A DNA stretch of 64,000 nucleotides from an uncultured Actinomycetes bacterium (GTDB lineage: Bacteria; Actinomycetota; Acidimicrobiia; Acidimicrobiales; Microtrichaceae): NCBI GenBank assembly GCA_903873135.1, contig CAIQNH010000095.1, positions 1,327 through 65,326 of the forward strand, given 5' to 3'. This document shows, in pieces, positions 19,532 to 27,243 of the stretch (positions are counted from its first letter, which is position 1; the number at the start of each line of letters is the position of its first letter). The notes under the pieces are model-generated. The model was not told where the DNA came from. It saw only the letters and a program-made list of their open reading frames with translations, and did not search any database. The position numbers were made by a program, and so were the translations under genes.

Positions 19532-20713
19532 GTGGACGACGCCGACACCCGGAACGCACCCGCCACCCGCCTGGGCGACCGCGCCGTGGAGTGGGCCGCC
19601 ACCATGTCGGGTCACGTCGAGCAGCAGGGCGGCCTCGTGGTGTCCACCGCCCACGCCGACAGCTCGGCCACGCTCGGCGGGGCACCGCTCGGTCCGGACA
19701 CCCCGCTCGAGCGCAGGGCCCGGGAGGAGCACGAGGAACGGGTGCTCGCACCCGGCGCCACCCGGGCCCGCGGCGCCGGGGACCGGCAGGTGGAGGAGGC
19801 ACCCGACACCCACCGCACGTGCTTCGAGCGGGACCGTGACCGGATCCTGCACAGCACCGCCTTCCGGCGACTGGCGGGCAAGACCCAGGTGTTCGTCATG
19901 CCGGAGGACCACCAGCGCACCCGGTTGACCCACGCGCTCGAGGTCGCCCAGGTGGCCGTGGCCATCGCCCGGGCCGTGGGTGCCAACGTGGCGCTCACCG
20001 AGGCCATCGCCCTCGGGCACGACTGCGGCCACGGCCCCGGCGGGCACGCCTCGGAGGACGCGTTCAGCCCGTACGTGGAGGGCGGGTACGACCACGCCAC
20101 CTGGGGTGCCGACGTGGTCCTGGCCGGCCTGAACCTGTGCCGGGAGACGCTGGACGGGATCCGGAACCACTCGTGGTCCCGACCGGCTCCCGCCACGCCG
20201 GAGGGCGAGATCGTGTCGTGGGCCGACCGGATCGCCTACGTCTGCCACGACTTCGAGGACGCCGTCCACGTGGGCATCACCGACCCGGACCACCTGCCCG
20301 AACTCGTCCGTGACCACTGCGGCGACCGCCGCAGCCGGCAGCTCCACACGTTCATCGACTCGGTGGTCGCCACCGCAGCGGTCACGGGGCGTGTCGGCAT
20401 GGACCCGCTCACCGCCCGGGCACTCGCCGAGTTCCGCCGGTTCAACTACGACCACATCTACATGCGTCCCGCGTCGCTCGAGCAGTCCGCCACCGTGATC
20501 GCCGTCCTGCGGGCGCTGGTCGAGCACCTCGCCGAACGACCGGACCTGCTCCCCCGCCGCGCTGCGGGAGCCGCGGACCTCGGGGCCGGGAGCCGGGAAG
20601 CGCTCGCAGCGGCCGTCACCCACGTGGGCGGCATGACCGATCGCTACGCGTTCGACACCGCCGTCACCCTGCTGGGCTGGGACCCGGCGGCGCTGCCACC
20701 CGGGATCGGCTGA
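19532..20713 (+). CDS. dgt: dGTP triphosphohydrolase-like HD-domain protein
   Basis: Motifs FERDRDRILHSTAFRRLAGKTQV, THALEVAQV and GHDCGHGPGGH. The ORF opens at 19454, only 13 nt from the obg start. I prefer the GTG at 19532 because of the upstream -10 hexamer. The ATG at 19604 is also possible. Confidence 0.8.
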   Translation: MDDADTRNAPATRLGDRAVEWAATMSGHVEQQGGLVVSTAHADSSATLGGAPLGPDTPLERRAREEHEERVLAPGATRARGAGDRQVEEAPDTHRTCFERDRDRILHSTAFRRLAGKTQVFVMPEDHQRTRLTHALEVAQVAVAIARAVGANVALTEAIALGHDCGHGPGGHASEDAFSPYVEGGYDHATWGADVVLAGLNLCRETLDGIRNHSWSRPAPATPEGEIVSWADRIAYVCHDFEDAVHVGITDPDHLPELVRDHCGDRRSRQLHTFIDSVVATAAVTGRVGMDPLTARALAEFRRFNYDHIYMRPASLEQSATVIAVLRALVEHLAERPDLLPRRAAGAADLGAGSREALAAAVTHVGGMTDRYAFDTAVTLLGWDPAALPPGIG

Positions 20714-20750
20714 GCCCTCCGGCCGCTCGACCCGAGGGCGATCGCGCCGG

Positions 20751-21008
20751 TCAGTCCTCTGCGGGGAGGACGCTGACGATCTTGCGGTTCCGGCTCGAGC
20801 CGAACTTCACCTTGCCGTCGGCGAGGGCGAAGAGCGTGTCGTCACCGCCGCGACCCACGTTGTCTCCCGGGTGGATCCGGGTGCCGCGCTGACGAACGAT
20901 GATCGAGCCGGCGGTCACCGTGGTGCCGTCGTACACCTTGACCCCGAGTCGCTTGCTCTGGGAGTCACGACCGTTCCTGGTGGAGCCGCCACCCTTGGTC
21001 TTCGACAT
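20751..21008 (-). CDS. rpmA: 50S ribosomal protein L27
   Basis: [28 protein letters not shown]...[10 protein letters not shown]. Confidence 0.97.
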   Translation of the reverse strand: MSKTKGGGSTRNGRDSQSKRLGVKVYDGTTVTAGSIIVRQRGTRIHPGDNVGRGGDDTLFALADGKVKFGSSRNRKIVSVLPAED

Positions 21009-21062
21009 GGATCCTCCTGGATCGATCGTCCGGCACCCGGGCCGGACCGTTCGGTTGGCGGG

Positions 21063-21371
21063 TCAGCCCCGCGAGATGCCGGTGATCTCGATGGTCGAGT
21101 AGTTCTGCCGGTGGCCCCACCGACGGCGCACCCGGGCCTTGGCCTTGTAGTCGAACCCGTGGATCTTGCGACCACGACCCTCGTCCACGACCGTCGCCGA
21201 GACGGTGGCGCCCCGGAGCTGCTCCGGGGTGGCGAGGACGGTGTCGCCGTCGACCAGGAGCACCGGGGTCAGCTCGACGTCGGAACCGGTCTCGGCGACC
21301 CGCTCCACCCGGACCCGCTGGCCCTGCTCCACCCGGTACTGCTTGCCACCGGTCTTCACCACTGCGTACAT
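21063..21371 (-). CDS. rplU: 50S ribosomal protein L21
   Basis: MYAVVKTGGKQYRVEQGQ... Confidence 0.97.
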   Translation of the reverse strand: MYAVVKTGGKQYRVEQGQRVRVERVAETGSDVELTPVLLVDGDTVLATPEQLRGATVSATVVDEGRGRKIHGFDYKAKARVRRRWGHRQNYSTIEITGISRG

Positions 21372-21386
21372 AGGACTCCGATCCTA

Positions 21387-21405
21387 CCGGGGGCGACTCC
21401 CCCGG
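21387..21405 (-). terminator. GC hairpin between rne and rplU (terminator/attenuator candidate)
   Basis: CCGGGGG-5 nt-CCCCCGG, a 7 bp stem. On the minus strand it is immediately followed by TAGGAT (21386->21381), 9 nt upstream of the rplU ATG. Confidence 0.35.
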
Positions 21406-21411
21406 CGCACA

Positions 21412-23238
21412 TCAGCCGAGCAGGTCCTCCGGCACGATGAGTCCCCGCCCGGCGCAGGTGGTGCACCGCTCGGCGACCGACTCGAGCAGCCCCTCGCCGA
21501 TGCGCTTGCGGGTCATCTCCACGAGCCCCAGGTCCGAGATGTTGAACACCTGCGTCCGCGTCTTGTCCCGGGAGAGCGCCTCACGGAACACCTTGACGAC
21601 CCGGTCCCGGTTCTCCTTGACGTCCATGTCGACGAAGTCGATCACGATGATGCCGCCGATGTCCCGCAGCCGGAGCTGCCGGGCGATCTCCTCGGCCGCC
21701 TCCAGGTTGTTGTGCAGCACGGTCTCCTCGAGCGACGACGACCCGACGTTGCGCCCGGTGTTCACGTCGATGACCGTGAGCGCCTCCGTCCGCTCGATCA
21801 CGAGCGAACCACCCGAGGGCAGCCAGACCGTCCGGTCCAGGGCCTTGGCGAGCTGCTCGGTCACGTGGAACCGGTCGAACAGCGGGAGCGACTCGGCCTC
21901 CGGGTCGTAGTACTCCACCCGTTCGGCCAGCTCGGGGGCGACCGCCGTCACGTAGTCGCGCAGGTCCTCGTAGAGGGCGCGGTCGTCGATCAGGACCGAC
22001 CGGTACTCGGCGTTGAACTCCTCGCGGATCATCCGCATGGCGAACGCCGGCTCCCGGTAGATCAGACCCGGCCGGTTCTGACCGGCGGCGAGTTCGGAGA
22101 TCCGGGTCCACTGGTCGGCGAGACGCGTCACGTCACGTTCGATCTCCTCGGCCGTGGCGCCCTCGGCCGCGGTCCGGACGATGATCCCGTGCCCCTCGGG
22201 CCGCACCCGGTCCAGGATCTTGCGGAGCCGCTTGCGCTCCGGGTCCGGCAGACGCTTCGAGATGCCGTAGGTGGTGGAGTTGGGCACGAGCACCACGAAG
22301 CGCCCGGCGAGCGACACCTCCTGCGTGAGGCGGGCCCCCTTGTGGGCGATCGGGTTCTTGGTCACCTGGCAGATGATGAGCTGCCGGGCCTTGAGGAGGT
22401 CCTCGATCCTGGGCGTGTCACCCTGGGTCTCGACCTCCTCCGGGTCGAACTGCACGTCGCTGCGGTAGAGCACGGCGCTCTTGGGGGTGCCGATGTCCAC
22501 GAAGGCCGCCTCCATCCCCGGGAGGACGTTCTCGACCTTGCCCACGTAGATGTTGCCGTGGATCTCGAACACGTCGTCCGAGGGCCGGGAGGCGTAGTGC
22601 TCGATCAGCGAGCGCCCCTCGAAGATCGAGGTGTGGGTGACCTCCCCGGCCACGTGGACGTACATCTGGAACCGACCGACCGCACGGCCCTTGCGCTGGC
22701 GGCCCCGACGCCGCTCGAGGGTGGCCTCGTCGAGTTCCACGGGCCCGGCACCGAGGTCGGAGCCGTCGACCGGCGCCGGACCGTCGGGACGACGACCGCT
22801 GCGGGCACCCTTGGCGCCGGAACGACCCTGCTGACCGCCCGATCGGGATCCACCGCCCTGGGCGGAGCGCTGCTGGCCGCCCTGACCGCCCTGACCGCTC
22901 TGGCCGCCCTGACCGCTCTGGCCGCCCTGGCCGCCCTGGCCACCCTGACCGCCGCGACCGCCCCGTCGGCGACGACGGCGACGCCCGGAGCCTGACCCTG
23001 ATCCGGTGCCGGAGTTGGACCCGGCACCCTCGTTCGAGTCCGGCCGGGTCCCCTGGGCGCTCCCGCCGCCGGCTCGCGGCGGTGCAGGTCGGGAGTCCCC
23101 GATCCTGGGCTTCGGAGCCGCCTCAGCGGCCGGCTGGGCCGACGCTGGCGAGCTCGGTGCTGGTGACCGCTCCGGCGTGGCGCCGTCGGTCTGGTCGCCT
23201 CCCCCGCTGGGGGGAGGACTGGTCGTCGAATCCGACAT
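21412..23238 (-). CDS. rne: ribonuclease E/G family endoribonuclease
   Basis: ~190 aa disordered Gly/Arg/Gln/Ser-rich N-terminus, then an S1 domain (GNIYVGKVENVLPGMEAAFVDIG) and the catalytic core (GGIIVIDFVDM). Confidence 0.9.
   Translation of the reverse strand: MSDSTTSPPPSGGGDQTDGATPERSPAPSSPASAQPAAEAAPKPRIGDSRPAPPRAGGGSAQGTRPDSNEGAGSNSGTGSGSGSGRRRRRRRGGRGGQGGQGGQGGQSGQGGQSGQGGQGGQQRSAQGGGSRSGGQQGRSGAKGARSGRRPDGPAPVDGSDLGAGPVELDEATLERRRGRQRKGRAVGRFQMYVHVAGEVTHTSIFEGRSLIEHYASRPSDDVFEIHGNIYVGKVENVLPGMEAAFVDIGTPKSAVLYRSDVQFDPEEVETQGDTPRIEDLLKARQLIICQVTKNPIAHKGARLTQEVSLAGRFVVLVPNSTTYGISKRLPDPERKRLRKILDRVRPEGHGIIVRTAAEGATAEEIERDVTRLADQWTRISELAAGQNRPGLIYREPAFAMRMIREEFNAEYRSVLIDDRALYEDLRDYVTAVAPELAERVEYYDPEAESLPLFDRFHVTEQLAKALDRTVWLPSGGSLVIERTEALTVIDVNTGRNVGSSSLEETVLHNNLEAAEEIARQLRLRDIGGIIVIDFVDMDVKENRDRVVKVFREALSRDKTRTQVFNISDLGLVEMTRKRIGEGLLESVAERCTTCAGRGLIVPEDLLG
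22873..22962 (-). repeat. ten imperfect 9-nt tandem units (CTGRCCGCY on the plus strand) encoding (GGQ/SGQ)n inside rne
   Basis: Read directly. The units are in frame with rne and translate to GGRGGQGGQGGQGGQSGQGGQSGQGGQGGQ. Confidence 0.9.
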
Positions 23239-23277
23239 GGGACGTTCCCTTCACGTTGCGCACGTCTGGGCACGCGA

Positions 23278-24003
23278 TCACGACGCGCGCTCCTCGACGT
23301 GGGTCGACGGGGCACCCAGCGAGATGGGCTCGCAGCGCCTCCCGTCGACGTTGATCCACTGGTGGGTACGGAGCACGCGGACGTCGGCGACGTCCCCGAC
23401 GAGCTCCGGCGCGTCCAGGGCGGAGAGGAACTCCACCGGACGGACGCTGCGAGGCTTGGTGCCGAGATCGACGGTGAGCTCAGCACCTCGCTCCCCTGGC
23501 TCGGCGACGACGGCGCCGAGCAGGGGGCGCAGGTCCTCGCTGACCTGCTTGCCCTTCCTGACGAGTGTCAGCGGGATGGACTCCCGTGCCGTGAGCTGCG
23601 CCGCAGCCTCGGCGAGCGCCTCGGACGATGCGTCCGCGACGGTGAACCTCCAGGTGCACGACACGACGGCCTCCTGGAGCGACGGCGTGCCCGCCTCGAT
23701 GGGCACCACCGCCGCCACGTCGATGCCCTCGGGGAGCACGTCGGAGAGGACTCCGGCCAGTTCGTCCACCGCCACGTGCGCCCGGCCGTCGACCAGGTCC
23801 ACGTCGAAGTACTCGGCGTCACCCTCGAACCCGTTGGAGAGGGCGAGACCGAAGTGCAGCCTCGCCCGTGGGCTGAAGCCCTGGCTGTAGGCCACCGGCA
23901 GCCCTGCCCGGCGCACGGCGCGCTCGAGACACCGGGCCACGTCCCGGTGCGACAGGAACCGGACCCGGCCCCGCTTGGCGTAACGGATCCGGAGCCGGCT
24001 CAC
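23278..24003 (-). CDS. radical SAM-associated protein, TIGR03936/DUF2344-like
   Basis: The GTG at 24003 overlaps the upstream stop (GTGA). Motif RIRYAKRGRVRFLSHRDVARCLERAVRRAGLPVAYSQGFSPR. Confidence 0.8.
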   Translation of the reverse strand: MSRLRIRYAKRGRVRFLSHRDVARCLERAVRRAGLPVAYSQGFSPRARLHFGLALSNGFEGDAEYFDVDLVDGRAHVAVDELAGVLSDVLPEGIDVAAVVPIEAGTPSLQEAVVSCTWRFTVADASSEALAEAAAQLTARESIPLTLVRKGKQVSEDLRPLLGAVVAEPGERGAELTVDLGTKPRSVRPVEFLSALDAPELVGDVADVRVLRTHQWINVDGRRCEPISLGAPSTHVEERAS

Positions 24004-26060
24004 GTCGGCCTCCGGGCGGCCGCACCGATCGACACCGGCACGGCCGTCGCTGCGGCACCGGTGCGGTCCGGGGGTGTCCACGTGAGGCCCTGTCCGGTCC
24101 CCTGCGAACCTCCGGCCGGCGGCGTCGCCGAGGCGACGACGTGCTCCACCCCGTAGCCGGTGCACGCGCCGCAGTCGTAACAGGGCGTCCAGCGGCAGTC
24201 CGGCAGACCGACCTCGGCCAGCGCGTCCTGCCAGTCCTGCCACAGGAAGTCGTGGTGCAGCCCGGCCGACAGGTGGGACCACGGCAGCACCTCGTCCTCG
24301 GTGCGGTGGCGGTGGACGTAGTCGTCCATCGACAGTCCGTGCTCGGCCATGGCGTCGGTCCACAGCTCCAGGTCGAAGTGCTCCGACCACTCCTGGAAGG
24401 TGCCGCCCCGGCGCCAGACCGACTCGATCACGGGCCCGAGACGACGGTCTCCCCGGCTGAGCAGACCCTCGACCTGTGTGGCGGTCGGGTCGTGCCACTT
24501 CATCTGCGCACCCTTGACGCCGCGGAACGCGTCCCGGAGCAGTCCGATCTTGCGCCCCAGCTCCACCACCGTGTTCTGACCGAACCACTGGAACGGCGTG
24601 AAGGGCTTGGGGACGAATCCCCCCACCGACACCGTGACGCCCGGCGACCGCAGGTGCTGCCGGCCGACCTCGATGCAGTTGGCCGCCAGCTCGGCGATGC
24701 CGAGCGTGTCCTCGTCGGTCTCGGTGGGCAGCCCCGTCAGGAAGTAGAGCTTCACCCGCCGCCAGCCCTGCGAGTAGGCGGAGTCCACCGCGCCGTAGAG
24801 GTCCTCGTCCCGGATCAGCTTGTTGATCACCTGGCGCATCCGCCAGGTGCCGGCCTCGGGGGCGAAGGTCAGGCCGCTGCGTCGGCCCTTCTGGAGCTCC
24901 GCGGCGATCCCGACGCCGAACGCGTCGACCCGCAGCGACGGGAGCGAGACCGACACGGGACCGCAGAGGTCGCCGGACCCGTCGGACGCCGGCTGGCTCC
25001 CGGCCATCCCGCCGACCAGCTCCGAGATGTTGGAGAAGTCCGCCGTGGACAGCGACGTCAGCGCCACCTCGTCGTAGCCCGTCCGACGCAGGCCCTCCGC
25101 CACCATCGTGCGGACCTGCTCCGCCGGACGCTCCCGGACCGGTCGGGTGATCATCCCCGCCTGGCAGAACCGACAGCCCCGGGTGCAACCCCGGAACACC
25201 TCGACGTTCAGCCGGTCGTGGACGACCTCGGTGAGGGGGACCAGCTGCGACCTGGGGTAGGGCCACTCCCCCAGGTCGGTGATCGTCCGCTTCTCGACCT
25301 GCTCGGGCACGCCGGGCCAGCGAGGCTCGATCGCCCGGACCCGCGGACCGTCGTAGGTCACCTCGTAGGCGGCCGGGACGTAGACCCCGGGGACCCGGGC
25401 GAGCGCCTCGAGCACCTCACGTCGATCGCGTCGGCCCGCGGCCTTCCAGTCGAGGACCACGTCGGTGATCTCGGTGACCACCTCCTCGCCGTCGCCGAGG
25501 ACCACCAGGTCGACGAAGTCGGCGACCGGCTCCGGGTTGTAGGTGCAGTGGCCGCCGACGCACACCAGCGGGTGGTGCGGCGCCCGCTCGGCGGCACGGA
25601 CCGGGATGCCCGCCAGGTCGATCAGGTTGACCAGGTTCGTGTAGGTGAGCTCCGCCGAGAGGTTGAAACCGATCAGGTCGAAGGCCCCGGCCGGCCGGTG
25701 CCCCTCCACGCTGAACAGGGGGAGGCCGTGGGCCCGGAGCTCGGCCTCGAGGTCGATCCACGGCGCGTAGGCCCGCTCGGACACGGCGTGCGGGTGCTCA
25801 CGGACGATCTCGGCGAGGATCTGGAGGCCCTGGTTGGGGAGGCCGATCTCGTAGGTGTCCGGGTACGTGAACAGCCACGACACGGGTCCACCGGGAGCGT
25901 GTCGGGACCAGTCAGGGCGGACCGCACCGTCCTCGCAACCGATGTAGCGGGCGGGCTTCTCGACCCTCGCCAGGAGCGGCTCGAGGCGGTGCCACAGCGA
26001 CCCGGGAGGGTCCGTCCCGACCGGCTCCGGGCTGGGGACAGCGGCCGAAGGGGCGGTCAT
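24000..26060 (-). CDS. B12-binding-domain radical SAM protein, TIGR03960-like
   Basis: 686 aa. Radical SAM cluster motif CTRGCRFCQAG; N-terminal KPARYIGCE. Confidence 0.85.
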   Translation of the reverse strand: MTAPSAAVPSPEPVGTDPPGSLWHRLEPLLARVEKPARYIGCEDGAVRPDWSRHAPGGPVSWLFTYPDTYEIGLPNQGLQILAEIVREHPHAVSERAYAPWIDLEAELRAHGLPLFSVEGHRPAGAFDLIGFNLSAELTYTNLVNLIDLAGIPVRAAERAPHHPLVCVGGHCTYNPEPVADFVDLVVLGDGEEVVTEITDVVLDWKAAGRRDRREVLEALARVPGVYVPAAYEVTYDGPRVRAIEPRWPGVPEQVEKRTITDLGEWPYPRSQLVPLTEVVHDRLNVEVFRGCTRGCRFCQAGMITRPVRERPAEQVRTMVAEGLRRTGYDEVALTSLSTADFSNISELVGGMAGSQPASDGSGDLCGPVSVSLPSLRVDAFGVGIAAELQKGRRSGLTFAPEAGTWRMRQVINKLIRDEDLYGAVDSAYSQGWRRVKLYFLTGLPTETDEDTLGIAELAANCIEVGRQHLRSPGVTVSVGGFVPKPFTPFQWFGQNTVVELGRKIGLLRDAFRGVKGAQMKWHDPTATQVEGLLSRGDRRLGPVIESVWRRGGTFQEWSEHFDLELWTDAMAEHGLSMDDYVHRHRTEDEVLPWSHLSAGLHHDFLWQDWQDALAEVGLPDCRWTPCYDCGACTGYGVEHVVASATPPAGGSQGTGQGLTWTPPDRTGAAATAVPVSIGAAARRPT

Positions 26061-26121
26061 GGTGCCCCGAGCCTACCGGAGGTGACCCCGGGAGCACCCA
26101 TCGGCGGGACGGCCACGATCC

Positions 26122-27243
26122 TCAGGAGAACCGGTGCATGTGGACCGACTGGACCAGACCGACGGCCACGAACGACGCCAGCAGCGAGGATCCGCCGTAG
26201 GACACGAACGGGAGCGGGATCCCGGTCACGGGCATGATCCCGATGGCCATCCCGATGTTCTCGAAGATGTGGAACAGGAACATGCAGGTGACCCCGACGC
26301 ACAGCAGGGTCCCGGTCTGGTCGGCCGCCAGCTGGGCCGCCCGCCAGCAGCGCCAGACCACCACCCCGAGCAGGACGAGCAACAGGCTGGATCCCACGAA
26401 CCCGAACTCCTCGCCCACCACCGTGAAGATGAAGTCGGTCTGCTGCTCCGGGACGTAGCCGCCCCGGGTCTGCGGGCCGTTCGTGAGCCCGAACCCGGTG
26501 AGCCCGCCGGAGCCGATCGCCTTCTGCGCCTGGTCGACGTTGTACGACTGACCGTCGGGCGACACGAACGACGTGAGCCGCTCGGTCTGGTAGTCGTCGA
26601 GGGCGCCAGAGTTCAGGATCACGAGGATGGCCACGATCCCGAGCGTCACCAGCACCCCGAGGTGCTTCATGCGGACGCCGGCGACCACGAGCATCCCCAT
26701 GCCGAGGACGATGAACACGAGCGCCGAACCCAGGTCGGGCTGCAGGAGGGTGAGCACCACGGGCACGCCGAGCAGTCCGAGTGCTCCGGCGAGGCGACGC
26801 AGGTCCACCTCGTCGACCGAACCCAGGTAGGCGGCGATGGCCAGGATGGTGGCGAGCTTGGCGAACTCGGCCGGCTGGAGTGCGATCGGCCCCAGTCGGT
26901 ACCAGCCACTCGTGCCGTTGACGACCGTGCCGAGGGGCGTGAGCACACCGACCAGCATGACGACGCCCACTGCGTAGAGCGCCTGCCACCAGTCGGCCAC
27001 CTTCCGGTAGTCCACGAGCGACACCACGGTGGCGGCCCCCACCCCGGCGACGGCGAAGAACAGCTGCCGCAGGACGTACCCGTTGCCGTCGTCGAAGCGC
27101 CGGGTGGCGCTGTAGACGAGGACCAGGCCGAACACCAGGACGCCGGCGACGGCCGCGGCGAGCACCACGTCGACGTGGCGACGGGGGTCGCCCAGGTTCC
27201 GGGACCGGAAGCCGGGCGGGGCGGCGGCGCGCTCGAGGGTCAC
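26122..27243 (-). CDS. rodA: rod shape-determining SEDS protein RodA (FtsW/RodA/SpoVE family)
   Basis: The GTG at 27243 overlaps the mrdA stop (GTGA). Motifs PEQQTDFIF and GIPLPFVSYGGSS. Confidence 0.9.
   Translation of the reverse strand: MTLERAAAPPGFRSRNLGDPRRHVDVVLAAAVAGVLVFGLVLVYSATRRFDDGNGYVLRQLFFAVAGVGAATVVSLVDYRKVADWWQALYAVGVVMLVGVLTPLGTVVNGTSGWYRLGPIALQPAEFAKLATILAIAAYLGSVDEVDLRRLAGALGLLGVPVVLTLLQPDLGSALVFIVLGMGMLVVAGVRMKHLGVLVTLGIVAILVILNSGALDDYQTERLTSFVSPDGQSYNVDQAQKAIGSGGLTGFGLTNGPQTRGGYVPEQQTDFIFTVVGEEFGFVGSSLLLVLLGVVVWRCWRAAQLAADQTGTLLCVGVTCMFLFHIFENIGMAIGIMPVTGIPLPFVSYGGSSLLASFVAVGLVQSVHMHRFS

Noticed and set aside
22873-22962. Possible CRISPR-like or satellite array of short direct repeats.
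   Set aside because: The units are 9 nt, contiguous with no spacers, and in frame inside rne (GGQ repeats). The same logic applies to the 6-nt repeat at 35814-35846 and the 12-nt repeat at 54951-54986.
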